From: an uncultured Anaerolineae bacterium
Lineage (GTDB): Bacteria > Chloroflexota > Anaerolineae > JAADDB01
Length of the DNA: 64,000 bases
Assembly: GCA_964402285.1 (NCBI GenBank)
Contig: CAYOAZ010000071.1
Coordinates: 29,209-93,208 of the forward strand
Reading direction: 5' to 3'
A program made the translations under genes and the position numbers. Positions 1 through 9,717 of this stretch are shown in pieces (the first letter of the stretch is position 1; every line of letters starts with the position of its first letter). The notes under the pieces were generated by a model that saw only the letters and a list, made by a program, of their open reading frames with translations, searched no databases and was not told the DNA's origin.

Positions 1-555
1 GTAGTAGGAGACGGGGACAAAGTAGTCGATTTTGGAGACGTGGATGAAGGAATCTCCCAGCGCGCGAGGCATTTTGTCGTTTACTTCAGCAATGACGATG
101 CGCGCGGATTCTGCCGCGGGCTTGGTGATGCCCACTTCAACGCCAAAGGAGCAGAATCCGTGCTCGTCCGGCGGGGAGACGTGAATGAGGGCCACGTCCA
201 GGGGCAGTTCCCCGGAGCGGAAAAGGCCGGGGATTTCGCTCAGGAACACGGGGGTGAAGTCGGCACGCCCTTCGTGTACGGCCTTCCGCACGTTTGCGCT
301 GATGAACAGGGTGTTGACGCGCAGTTTGCCCGCCAGATCTGGGCTTACGTAGTCCGCGTCGCCCACGGTCAGCACTTGGACGATTTCCACATTTTCCACT
401 TCTCCTGCCCGGGCGCGGTCCACCAGCGCGCGCAGCAGTTCTTGAGGCACAGAGCAGTTCCCCGTGAGAAACACGCGCTGCCCGGATTGGATGACGCGGA
501 CCGCTTCTTCAGCCGTTGTCATACGTTCGTGGTAGATACGTTCCCAGTGCGCCAT
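1..555 (-). CDS. Acetyl-CoA hydrolase/transferase family protein (4-hydroxybutyrate/succinyl-CoA:acetate CoA-transferase-like). N-terminal part only; the gene continues beyond the window start.
   Basis: The reverse complement of 496-555 translates to MAHWERIYHERMTTAEEAVRVIQSGQRVFLTGNCSVPQELLRALV..., typical of the N-terminus of this CoA-transferase family. Its ATG overlaps the ald stop (ATGA). It is absent from the ORF track because it has no in-window stop. Confidence 0.55.
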   Translation of the reverse strand, partial: MAHWERIYHERMTTAEEAVRVIQSGQRVFLTGNCSVPQELLRALVDRARAGEVENVEIVQVLTVGDADYVSPDLAGKLRVNTLFISANVRKAVHEGRADFTPVFLSEIPGLFRSGELPLDVALIHVSPPDEHGFCSFGVEVGITKPAAESARIVIAEVNDKMPRALGDSFIHVSKIDYFVPVSYY

Positions 556-558
556 GGG

Positions 559-1671
559 TCATCCTCGTTCGTCGGTAGCGTGAGTGTGGCCGTACAGTTC
601 TTTCAAGGCCGGGTGTACGATTTCCCCGTGTTGGACGTTGATGCCTCGGGCGAGGGCCGGGTGTTGTTTCAACGCGTTCTCCAGCCCTTCGTTGGCAATG
701 GCACAGACAAAGGGGAGTACCGCGTTGCTGATGGCATGTGTGGCCGTGCGGCCTACCACTCCGGTGATGTTGGGGACACAGTAGTGAATGATGCCGTCAA
801 CAACATAGGTGGGCATGTCGTGACTGGTGGGCCGACTGGTTTCTGTGGCTCCGCCCTGGTCAATGGAATAATCCATGATTACTGTGCGTGGACGCATCAG
901 AGCGAGCATGTCGCGGGTGATGATGATCGGGGCCCGGTATCCAGGCTTGTACACGGCTAGCATGACAACATCAGCAAACTGAATCACTTTGCGTATGTTG
1001 TGCCGCGTGGCGCTCAGGGTGACGACTCGCCGGTCGCTGTAATGTTCCAGGCGCTCCAGCGCGCGGGGGTTCACGTCCAGCGCGTACACGGATGCGCCTG
1101 CGTACGCGAAGGCCAGCGCGGCTTCGGATCCCACTGTGCCTGTTCCTATGATGACGACTTCAGCAGGGGCGACGCCGGGTACTCCCCCCAGGAGAATGCC
1201 CTTTCCCCCCGCGTCGTTGCGCAGTAGACGGCTGGCAATGTGGGGGGCCATGCGTCCGGCCATCATGCTGATGGGGTGGAGCACAGGCAAGTACCCATCG
1301 TCTTCCTGGATGGTCTCGAAGCCGATGACGGTGACCTCGCGTTCCAGGAGGGCCTGGACTTTGTTGGGGTGTGCGGAGGCCAGGTGCATGAAGGCCATCA
1401 GGATTTGCCCTTCAGTCAGGAGGTCGATTTCCTGCTGGAGGGGACGGGCGACCTTTACGACCAGATCGCCTCGGCGAAAGGCCTCTTCGTGGGAATAGAC
1501 CACCGTCGCACCGGCATCCAGGTAATGTTGGTCTAGAAACCCTGATCCTTCCCCCGCGCCACGCTCCACAAACACGCGGTGCCCCCGGTCCACCAATTGT
1601 CGAACTGCAGCCGGTGTCAGGGCCACCCGGTACTCAGCAGGACGTCGTTCTTTAGGTATGCAGATGTCCAT
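559..1671 (-). CDS. ald: Alanine dehydrogenase
   Basis: 370 aa with an AlaDH/PNT N-terminal domain and an NAD-binding Rossmann motif (VVIIGTGTVGSEAA); full-length similarity to Ald. Confidence 0.9.
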   Translation of the reverse strand: MDICIPKERRPAEYRVALTPAAVRQLVDRGHRVFVERGAGEGSGFLDQHYLDAGATVVYSHEEAFRRGDLVVKVARPLQQEIDLLTEGQILMAFMHLASAHPNKVQALLEREVTVIGFETIQEDDGYLPVLHPISMMAGRMAPHIASRLLRNDAGGKGILLGGVPGVAPAEVVIIGTGTVGSEAALAFAYAGASVYALDVNPRALERLEHYSDRRVVTLSATRHNIRKVIQFADVVMLAVYKPGYRAPIIITRDMLALMRPRTVIMDYSIDQGGATETSRPTSHDMPTYVVDGIIHYCVPNITGVVGRTATHAISNAVLPFVCAIANEGLENALKQHPALARGINVQHGEIVHPALKELYGHTHATDERG

Positions 1672-1853
1672 TTACGGCCTCCCCTTAGAGTCCACCTCTT
1701 GTGGACTTTCCCTTGCCGATGTTTACTATAGTCCTCCCCGCCCAATTCCGTCCATGATCTGGGACATAATGGACGAGGGGAGCAATTTAGCCTCTTCGCT
1801 TAGGGTAGCGCATCTTCCACGCTATTCCTCTGGGCTATTTTGGGTTTGCCGGG

Positions 1854-3026
1854 TTATCTAAGTAGGAATTCGGGTGCTAACTGCTCTTCGGGTAAGGATT
1901 TTTCCAGTGGGAGGTGAATGTGCACCTCGATATCCAGTTGCGAGAGATACCGACACATAAGCGGTCCAACTTCTGCCCAATCCAATCCCCCCAGCCCACA
2001 CCCTAACGCTGGCAACGCCAAGGATTCGATTCCCTCTTGTTTGTAGTTATCCACAATCCATTGCAGGCCTTTCTCGATGTCTTCGATACGTGAACGTTCC
2101 CGCCAATGTCGTTTTGTGGGGAAAAAGAGGAACCAGGTTCGACGATTCAAAGTAATGGGGTTGGGTACGTCATCTGCCAGAAGCGCATCTAATGAGCCTT
2201 CTCGTTTGTAGAGATAGGGTTTGCCTGGCCGAATGTCACCTCGGCGACAAGCATCTTGGTAAACAACATAGGCATCAGGGAATTGATACTTTGCTCGCGA
2301 GGCCAAACCTTTCCCCATTACACCTACTGTGTTAACGCTGATGGTTAATGTTTGCATACGGGAGAAGAACATATCGCCTTCGATTAACTTAAGTCGCGGC
2401 GTCAATATTCGTTCACGTTTAGGCTCGAAGAACATTTCGGGTTCGGGAACGACCGAAATGTTCCGAGCGATTTGTTTCACAAGGGCGCGAACTCGTTGTG
2501 CTACTGTGTTGTTGGCCACGTAAATACTGTGAATGTATTCAGGGGGAATATGGCCGGGGACCAATACTTCAGCCATAATGCGTCGCTTACTTCCGTCAAC
2601 TTCGCTCCACCAAGTGACGTCGACACCCTCAAGGATTTCCTTTTCGTACTGTTTCCAATACCTCGCTGTCAGGATTTTGGTTTCCGAACGGGCTGCATTT
2701 CCTGTGGTGAAACAAACTCCCGGTAATTTCAACACGGTCTTGGAGATGCCGAGCACTACAATTTCTTCCTTATCCCTTTCAATTAGTACTCGGTACAACA
2801 TGGGATTCCGTGCTCGGAAGTAGACATTCGCATATTGCCACAGGGAGAGCCCATGAGGGGTCGTAATCTCGCGACGCCAGGAGACAATGCCTTCATCATA
2901 AATGGAAGTTGTAGGAATGCCTCTGCTCTCGATGAGCGCGTGAGATAAAATGCCGTGTTGTAGAATGGACACCAGATTGTCCACATGAGTAATGTAATAG
3001 AATTCCCGAAAACGCCTTCGGCCCAT
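1854..3026 (-). CDS. Fusion protein: DarT-like DNA ADP-ribosyltransferase domain (DUF4433) at the N-terminus, DarG-type macrodomain at the C-terminus.
   Basis: N-terminal DarT hallmarks: YYITHVDNL, YANVYFRARNPMLY, CFTTGNAA, and AEVLVPG carrying the ARTT glutamate. C-terminal DarG macrodomain hallmarks: VNTVGVMGKGLA, FFPTKRHWRERSR, ALPALGCGLGGLDW. The ORF-track start is a TTG at 3050; an ATG at 3026 (MGRRRF...) preceded by GGGTGA is preferred. Confidence 0.75.
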   Translation of the reverse strand: MGRRRFREFYYITHVDNLVSILQHGILSHALIESRGIPTTSIYDEGIVSWRREITTPHGLSLWQYANVYFRARNPMLYRVLIERDKEEIVVLGISKTVLKLPGVCFTTGNAARSETKILTARYWKQYEKEILEGVDVTWWSEVDGSKRRIMAEVLVPGHIPPEYIHSIYVANNTVAQRVRALVKQIARNISVVPEPEMFFEPKRERILTPRLKLIEGDMFFSRMQTLTISVNTVGVMGKGLASRAKYQFPDAYVVYQDACRRGDIRPGKPYLYKREGSLDALLADDVPNPITLNRRTWFLFFPTKRHWRERSRIEDIEKGLQWIVDNYKQEGIESLALPALGCGLGGLDWAEVGPLMCRYLSQLDIEVHIHLPLEKSLPEEQLAPEFLLR

Positions 3027-3116
3027 GAAAATCACCCTGGTTAAATTCAAACACTTTTTGCCCTTATTTTACCATGGCCTCTCCCGGGCCCCAATCCGGC
3101 ATGTCGTGGCCCATTC

Positions 3117-3980
3117 TCACATCACATATGTTTCCACGATCTTCCTTTCCACATCTGTGACCACGCGGGCAATTACCCGCACGTAAGGGGCTATGGTCGA
3201 ATTGTGCAACTTGCGCCGTAGCAGGTTATCCACCTGAAAGATGCCCGCGGAGTTCGCCATTACGATTTCCACTTCCACGGGGATATCGCCTCCCGCGCGA
3301 ATGTGGACCGCGTCAATGGCCTGCGCGGACACGGAATGGATGTTCACATCCCCCGATTCAAACGCAATGCGAGAACGACCATGGGTCATGTCCAGCGCGT
3401 CCGCGACCTTGACCACGCTGGCTTCGGTGGTGTAACAGCGCACATCCCAATGATGGGCAATAATGGCATGGAGCACTTCGGCCATGATGATGGTGCGTTC
3501 CCGTACGGGGTAAATACCTGTCAGGAGTTCCCGAGCCTTGGATTGGGCCAAGATGAGGCTGAATTCCTCGTGATTCTCCCGGTGGATGGCAATGCCCACG
3601 TCGTGAAGAGCCGCGGCCAGCACGGTCACCACTTCCGCGTCCTCGGGGTCCAACCCGTGATCCTTGACCACGCCCAGGGGCACTTCCGCGTCCGCCAGCA
3701 GGCGCAGGAGTTTGAGGGCCAGGTTCGCCACGATCTTAATGTGCACCGGACCGTGGTCACTCATCCGGTTTCGGTCCACCGCGTTGACGTTCGCACAGCG
3801 CCAGAGTTGGTAGAGTTCCTCGTCCCGGTTAATTGCATCCACCAGGGCCTGCAAGCGTTCATTGTGCCGGGCTGGAACGGTGAAGTACACCCGTTCCCCG
3901 GCTGCGATCTTCTGCTCGTCCTCCGCGATCGTCTGCGGCGAGAGTTCCTTTTCCGCTTCTGCGTTCTGTCGTTTGCCCAT
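3117..3980 (-). CDS. HD-domain metal-dependent phosphohydrolase (YfbR/5'-nucleotidase-like HD fold)
   Basis: H..HD..H..H..D motif series: SDHGPVHIKIV, LHDVGIAIHRENHEEF, LHAIIAHHWD, KVADALD. GGGAGG RBS 7 nt upstream of the ATG. It lies immediately upstream of and co-directional with the DarT-macro gene. Confidence 0.7.
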   Translation of the reverse strand: MGKRQNAEAEKELSPQTIAEDEQKIAAGERVYFTVPARHNERLQALVDAINRDEELYQLWRCANVNAVDRNRMSDHGPVHIKIVANLALKLLRLLADAEVPLGVVKDHGLDPEDAEVVTVLAAALHDVGIAIHRENHEEFSLILAQSKARELLTGIYPVRERTIIMAEVLHAIIAHHWDVRCYTTEASVVKVADALDMTHGRSRIAFESGDVNIHSVSAQAIDAVHIRAGGDIPVEVEIVMANSAGIFQVDNLLRRKLHNSTIAPYVRVIARVVTDVERKIVETYVM

Positions 3981-4268
3981 TCACAGCCTCCCATGTGATG
4001 GTCTTGCAGGCGGGCGAAGCCCGCCTGCAAGACGCGGCGTTCCTGTTCTTCCCAGTGTACCCTGTAATGGGCCCGGGGAAAACCTGGGGCGTCCTACGAC
4101 TCCCGTTGCCCTTGCCCAATTCGTGCCTGGGGTTGTTTCCCGCGGCCAGTCATCACCCGAAAGGGGGACAATCGCTTCCCCCCACGGGCCACGGGGTATC
4201 CCTCCTCGAACGTTCAAACCAAGGCCGAGAGGAGGTGTTCCGCCCTCGGCCTTGGCGTCTGTTCTTGG

Positions 4269-5861
4269 TTATCCGTGAACGCGTTTTTCGTACCCGCGCC
4301 AGTAAGGTTCCCGTAATTCTCGCTTGAGGATTTTGCCCGTGCCGCCCTTGGGCAATTCGCTGCGGAATTCGATGCGCTTGGGCACTTTGTAATGGGCAAT
4401 GCGGTCCCGCAGGAATTGGATGAGTTCCTCCTCGGTCGCGGACATGCCGGGCTTGAGGACTACCAGCGCCAACGGCACTTCGCCCCACTTCTCGTCGGGT
4501 ACACCGATAACCGCGCACTCGTACACCGCGGGGTGGGCGTAGAGGGCGTTCTCCACCTCCACGGAGGAGATGTTCTCGCCACCGGAAATGATAATGTCCT
4601 TCTTGCGGTCCACGATGAGGACGTAGCCTTCCTCGTCCACCACGGCCATGTCCCCGGTGTGGAACCAGCCGTCCTTGATGGCCTCCGCGGTCGCGTCCGG
4701 ATCCTTGAGATACCCTTCCATGACCACATTGCTGCGCACGATGATCTCGCCGATGTCCTGGTTGTTCCAGGCCACATCCCTCCCCTCGTTGTCCACCACC
4801 CGCAGGCGGACGCCCACCACAGGAATGCCTGTGCGGGCCTCGTAGTAGCGTCGCGTCTCCACATCCGTGTCCAGGTAATCCTTGACATAGGCCAGGGTGA
4901 GGATGGGGCTGGTTTCGGTAAGGCCGTAACCGCTGAAGGCCTTCACACCGAACAGGTCTTCCAATTTGGCCAGGAGTGCGGCCGGCGCGGGCGCTCCTCC
5001 GATGATGATTTCCTTCAGGTGGCTCAAATCGTACTTCTTCACATCCGGATGGTTCACCATGGCGTTGAAAACGGTGGGGACACCGAAGAGGCGGGTCACC
5101 TTCTCATCCTGGGCCAGTTGCAGAATCAAGGTGGGGTCCACCTTGCGCAACATGACGTGTTTGCCACCCACCGCGGTGAGGAACTGAGGCGTCCCCCACC
5201 CGTTGACGTGGAACAGGGGTACGATGTGCAGGAGTGTGTCCGTGTCCCGCAGGCTGAGCGCGCCAATCGCGTTCAGCGCGTGCAAGTACAGGGTGCGGTG
5301 GGTCAAGGTCACGCCCTTGGGCGGCCCTGTGGTGCCAGAGGTGTAGAAGAGTTCGCACACCGTGTTCTCGTCAATGGCGTCCAGGTCCACGTCGTAATCC
5401 GGGGATGCCTCGCTCAGGAGCGCTTCAAACTCGTGGGCCCATTCCGGCCACTCGCCGTTGGGCTCGATGATGATGTAGTGTTGCACTCCAGGAACCTGTT
5501 CGCGCAGTTTCTCCACCAGGGGGAGAAACATGCTGTGGAAGACGAGAACCTTTGTGCCCGCGTGATTGAGAATGTACGCGATTTCAGCGGGTGCCAGGCG
5601 AATGTTGATCGGGTTGAGAATCGCCCCAATCTGTGGAACCGCGTAGTAAGCTTCTAGCAGGTGATGGGTGTTCAGGTTCACGTAGGAGACCACATCACCG
5701 GGGCGGACGCCGAGCAGTTTAAGCGCGTTGGCCTGGCGGTTGATGCGTTCGTCGAACTCCAAGTACGTGAACCGCTTGGGGACATCCACGACCCCGACTT
5801 TCTTGCCGTAATACTTGACCGCTCGCTCGCGGAACTCCAGTGGCGTCAGGGGTACGAACAT
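4269..5861 (-). CDS. AMP-dependent synthetase/ligase (long-chain/medium-chain fatty-acid CoA ligase family)
   Basis: AMP-binding motif YTSGTTGPPKGV plus GYGLTET and GWFHTGD. The start was moved to the internal ATG (MFVPLTP...) preceded by AAGGAGGTG; the upstream 21 codons have no RBS. Confidence 0.85.
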   Translation of the reverse strand: MFVPLTPLEFRERAVKYYGKKVGVVDVPKRFTYLEFDERINRQANALKLLGVRPGDVVSYVNLNTHHLLEAYYAVPQIGAILNPINIRLAPAEIAYILNHAGTKVLVFHSMFLPLVEKLREQVPGVQHYIIIEPNGEWPEWAHEFEALLSEASPDYDVDLDAIDENTVCELFYTSGTTGPPKGVTLTHRTLYLHALNAIGALSLRDTDTLLHIVPLFHVNGWGTPQFLTAVGGKHVMLRKVDPTLILQLAQDEKVTRLFGVPTVFNAMVNHPDVKKYDLSHLKEIIIGGAPAPAALLAKLEDLFGVKAFSGYGLTETSPILTLAYVKDYLDTDVETRRYYEARTGIPVVGVRLRVVDNEGRDVAWNNQDIGEIIVRSNVVMEGYLKDPDATAEAIKDGWFHTGDMAVVDEEGYVLIVDRKKDIIISGGENISSVEVENALYAHPAVYECAVIGVPDEKWGEVPLALVVLKPGMSATEEELIQFLRDRIAHYKVPKRIEFRSELPKGGTGKILKRELREPYWRGYEKRVHG

Positions 5862-6067
5862 CGTTGCACCTCCTTGTGCGTGTGCCGTGTGGGGGATGAA
5901 TGGTTCATTACATTGCGGGAACACGTTTACGCTGGTATTGTATGCGGATGGGCAGAGAAGAGCAACTTAGGGTAGCCCCACCTGCAACAGGCAAGCCGCT
6001 CAGGGCCAACGGGTCCCACAGGCCTGGGAACCACCCCCGGGTATTCCTTCACCCCAACGCGCTTCTC

Positions 6068-8257
6068 CTACTCAATCCGCACAACGCGTTTCCCCCATTC
6101 CACCAACTCCCGGGCTTTTTCAGGCGTGTCCGCTTCTGCAAAGATGCGCAGGACCGGCTCTGTGCCGGAAAAGCGGAGCAGAAGCCAGTTGTCGTTGTCC
6201 AGCAGGAATTTGACGCCGTCTAAGTGGGAGATGTGCCGTACCGGGTAGGGGCCAATGTGGTCCACTGGCTGCTCGCGCAGGCGGCGGGGCACGTAGACCT
6301 TCATGGCCGGCGTCGCGGGCACGTTCTCCTCCACCGTGTACAGCCGGCCGGTGATCGCGTAAATATCTTCCAGCATCTCCGAGATGTGCCGGCCCGTGCG
6401 CGCGATCATTTCCACCACCAGCACCGCGGCTAAAATGCCGTCCTTGCCCAGAATGTGTCCTCGCACCGTGAGACCACCACTGCTCTCGCCGCCCAGAAGC
6501 GCGTTGTGCTCCTTCATGGCCTTGGCAATGTACTTGAAACCGACGGGCGTTTCATAACACTGTTCTCCAAGATGTTTCGCCAGTCGGTCCAGCAGGTGTG
6601 TGGTGGCCAGGTTGCGCACCACCGGACCGCGCTCGCCCCGCACTTCGTGAAGGTAGTAGTAAAGGAGCAGGAGCAAGTCGTTGATGTGCACGTATTCGCC
6701 CCGCTCATCCACAATCGCGATCCGGTCCGCGTCGCCGTCCGTGGCCATGCCCAGATCGTAGCGCCCTTCCTTAACGGTGTTGATGAGAAGCCCCAGCGCG
6801 TGCAGGTCCGGCGCGGGCGAACGCCCTCCGAACAGGGGATCATGCCGGCCGTGGAGCGTGGTCACCCGGCAACGGGCCTCCGTCAGGATGATCTCCAATG
6901 TCACTTGCCCAGTCCCGTACATGGGGTCAATAACCACCCGCAAGCCCGCGTCCCGGATGGCTTTCATGTCCACAAAGGACTCCACCGCGTCCACGTACGC
7001 GTTGGTGAAATCCTTGTCCACCACCATACCCGCGTCCCGGGCCACATCCAGGTCCACATGCACCACATCTTCGATGGACAATGCGTTGGCTTCGTCTTCG
7101 ATGCGGTTCGTCTCCTCCACCAGTAAGAGCGATCCATCCGTGTGGAAGACTTTCAACCCATTCCACTCGGGCGGGTTGTGACTGGCCGTGAAGGCCAGAC
7201 CGTACGCCGCGCCTTCGACCTCCGTGGCATACGTGATGAGGGGCGTCGGCGCGTCCTCGGGCAACAGGACAACAGGCACATTGTTGCCAGCGAAGACTTC
7301 GGCCGCGGCTCGGGCTGCCATGTCCGAGAGAAAACGCCGGTCATACCCGATGAGGACCCCTTGCTCCTCGTTCCCGTCCCGGATGACCTGGTTGGCCAGG
7401 GCCTGACACAGGCGGCGCACGTTGTTCATGGTAAATCCCTCACCAATGACGGCGCGCCATCCCCCTGTGCCAAAGCGGATGCGTTCTTCGCCCAGGGTGC
7501 GGACCGGGCGAAAATAACGTTTTTGGAGGATGAACTCGGCCTCCTCCAGGTCTTCCGGTGTGTTGATGCCCAGCACTTCGTCCGGATCGTAGATCTGGTA
7601 CGCGTCTACGCGTTTGCCTTCTCGCACCAGGACATGGACCACGTCGGTAAAAGGCCAGGATTCTCCCTGGCGGATGAGCCGTTCCAGCGCAGGGAAGAGG
7701 GTGGTGGCTCGAGCCGCGTACGCGCCTACGTTGACTTCCCGCCTACCCTGGGCATCCTTCACATCCGCGACTTCGATGACGTCAATAATATGTCCCCCCG
7801 CGTCCCGGATTACCCGCCCATAGGGGTAGGGGCGATCAATCCAGGCGGTGAGCAGGGTTAAGTCCGCTTGTTTTAGGCGGTGACGGTTGAGTAGTCCCTT
7901 TAGGGAGGCGGATCGCAGCAGGGGGGTGTCCCCGTAGAGGATGAGCAGGTCGCCCTGAAAGTGGTTCAGGTGTTCGGCCACCTGCCAAACCGCGTGCCCT
8001 GTGCCTAACTGTTCCTCCTGGACAATGTACGTGTACTCGTTCCCCAGGTGCGAGCGCAGCGCGTTATCCTCGCGACGGACGACGAGAAGGATGTCCTGGG
8101 GTGGGACCAGGGCACGCGCGTTGGCTATGACGTAGTCAATCACGCGACGTTCGCCTAGAGGACGTAGCAGGGAGGGGGCGTTGACTCGCGCGGTGGGCCC
8201 GGCAGCGAGGATGAGGACCTTCAGGCGGGATTTATGATGCCTTTCTGATGAGGACAT
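6068..8257 (-). CDS. Bifunctional sugar-1-phosphate nucleotidyltransferase / phosphoglucomutase-phosphomannomutase
   Basis: N-terminal NTP-transferase fold (KVLILAAGPTAR...GTGHAV) fused to an alpha-D-phosphohexomutase domain (TASHNPPEWNGLK active-site serine loop, GGESSGG). Start taken as MSSSER with an AGGAGG RBS. Confidence 0.8.
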   Translation of the reverse strand: MSSSERHHKSRLKVLILAAGPTARVNAPSLLRPLGERRVIDYVIANARALVPPQDILLVVRREDNALRSHLGNEYTYIVQEEQLGTGHAVWQVAEHLNHFQGDLLILYGDTPLLRSASLKGLLNRHRLKQADLTLLTAWIDRPYPYGRVIRDAGGHIIDVIEVADVKDAQGRREVNVGAYAARATTLFPALERLIRQGESWPFTDVVHVLVREGKRVDAYQIYDPDEVLGINTPEDLEEAEFILQKRYFRPVRTLGEERIRFGTGGWRAVIGEGFTMNNVRRLCQALANQVIRDGNEEQGVLIGYDRRFLSDMAARAAAEVFAGNNVPVVLLPEDAPTPLITYATEVEGAAYGLAFTASHNPPEWNGLKVFHTDGSLLLVEETNRIEDEANALSIEDVVHVDLDVARDAGMVVDKDFTNAYVDAVESFVDMKAIRDAGLRVVIDPMYGTGQVTLEIILTEARCRVTTLHGRHDPLFGGRSPAPDLHALGLLINTVKEGRYDLGMATDGDADRIAIVDERGEYVHINDLLLLLYYYLHEVRGERGPVVRNLATTHLLDRLAKHLGEQCYETPVGFKYIAKAMKEHNALLGGESSGGLTVRGHILGKDGILAAVLVVEMIARTGRHISEMLEDIYAITGRLYTVEENVPATPAMKVYVPRRLREQPVDHIGPYPVRHISHLDGVKFLLDNDNWLLLRFSGTEPVLRIFAEADTPEKARELVEWGKRVVRIE

Positions 8258-8342
8258 GGCAGCCTCCTGGGCCAAGAGACGACGGTGTTCTGGGATGGGT
8301 ACGCTGGGGGGAAGCCGCTGGCGACTTCCCCCCAGGGGGGGA

Positions 8343-9497
8343 TTATCCCCGTTCTTCCATGGGCACGTAAGGTCGCGGGTCCGGACCCACGTACAAAGCG
8401 CGCGGCCGGATCAGGCGGTTGTCCGCGTGTTGCTCGATGACGTGCGCGGTCCAGCCAGTGACACGGCTCAGCGCGAACATGATGGTGTCCAGTTCGGGCG
8501 GGATGCCCAGATAGTACGCGACCAGCGCGCCGTAATAGTCCACGTTCGGGTACAGTCGCCGTTCCTGGAAGTAGGGGTGATTGGCCGCTTTTTGCGCCAA
8601 GCGGTCCGCAATTTCGTACCAATGGGGTTCTGCGGATTTCTCGGCAAGCGCGCGAGCCCGTTCCTTTAGAATGCGGGCACGAGGATCCATGGTTTTGTAC
8701 ACTCGATGCCCGATGCCCATAATACGTCGCTTTTCCTTCATGGCTTTCTCAAACCACGCGTCCACGTTTTCCGGGCTTCCGATTTCCATGAACTGGCGCA
8801 TCGCGGCTTCCATAGCGCCTCCGTGTAAGGGGCCCTTGAGCGCGCCCAGCGCGGCGGTTACCGCGGAGTACATATCACTCAATGTCGAGGCGGTTACCCG
8901 CGCGGTGAAGGTGGATGCGTTGAAACCGTGATCCGCGTACAGGATGAGAAAGGCGTCCATGGCCTGGGTTGCTTCTGGGGACGGTTCCTCCCCGTTGAAC
9001 ATGTACAAGAAGTTTGCTGCGTGATTCAAGTCCAGGCGGGGTTCGACAATGGGCTTCCCGATGCTCACCCGGTACACTTTGGCCAGCAAACTGGCAATGC
9101 CAGAAGTTAGGCGCATTGCGTTCTCCAATTCCGCCTCACGGGAGTTGTCTTCGGCCCAGGGATCCCAGGCCGCCAGCGCGGAGATAAACGTGCGGATGGC
9201 CGTAATCGGCACGGTACCCTTGGGGAGCAGAGGAAGCATCTTCAGCAGGTTATCGGGCAAAAATCGGTAGTTGACCAGGTGCTTGCGTAGTGTCTCGTAC
9301 TCCTTGCGGTTGGGAAGTTCCCCATACCAGAGGAGATGTGCGGTTTCCTCAAAGTTGCCGTTGTTAACCAGGTCCGCGATGTCGTACCCACGGTAATACA
9401 GACGGCCTTGCTCACCGTCCACTCGGGAAATTTCTGTCGTCGCTACGTAGATGCCTTCTAACCCTCGAACCACTTGGACGTCTTTCTTTTCACTCAT
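8343..9497 (-). CDS. gltA: Citrate synthase
   Basis: 384 aa with full-length citrate synthase similarity (GYDIADL, HGGA, GHRVYK motifs); AAAGGAG RBS. Confidence 0.9.
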   Translation of the reverse strand: MSEKKDVQVVRGLEGIYVATTEISRVDGEQGRLYYRGYDIADLVNNGNFEETAHLLWYGELPNRKEYETLRKHLVNYRFLPDNLLKMLPLLPKGTVPITAIRTFISALAAWDPWAEDNSREAELENAMRLTSGIASLLAKVYRVSIGKPIVEPRLDLNHAANFLYMFNGEEPSPEATQAMDAFLILYADHGFNASTFTARVTASTLSDMYSAVTAALGALKGPLHGGAMEAAMRQFMEIGSPENVDAWFEKAMKEKRRIMGIGHRVYKTMDPRARILKERARALAEKSAEPHWYEIADRLAQKAANHPYFQERRLYPNVDYYGALVAYYLGIPPELDTIMFALSRVTGWTAHVIEQHADNRLIRPRALYVGPDPRPYVPMEERG

Positions 9498-9717
9498 GTG
9501 TTGCTCCTTTACTCTGAATTTGCTGGGGGTTTTTGCAATGCCTGCCCTGGAGGGAACTTACACATCTCCAGGCTAGCGTGATTATAGCGAGAACGTCCAG
9601 GTTTGCCAAGCCCCTTCTTTCCTCCATAATACAGGACGCGCCCTCTCCAGTAGGGAGAATGGCGCAGGAGGGTATCCGTTCCCTACAGAGCATTGCCACG
9701 GGTGAAAGGAGCGAGCC

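Noticed and set aside
40-960. 306-aa plus-strand ORF
   Set aside because: It lies antisense to the CoA-transferase and ald genes, its composition is Gly/Ala/Arg/His-rich with no motif, and it is a typical high-GC shadow ORF.
4392-5657. 421-aa plus-strand ORF
   Set aside because: It is antisense to the well-supported AMP-dependent ligase gene, is His/Gly/Val-rich, and has no RBS.
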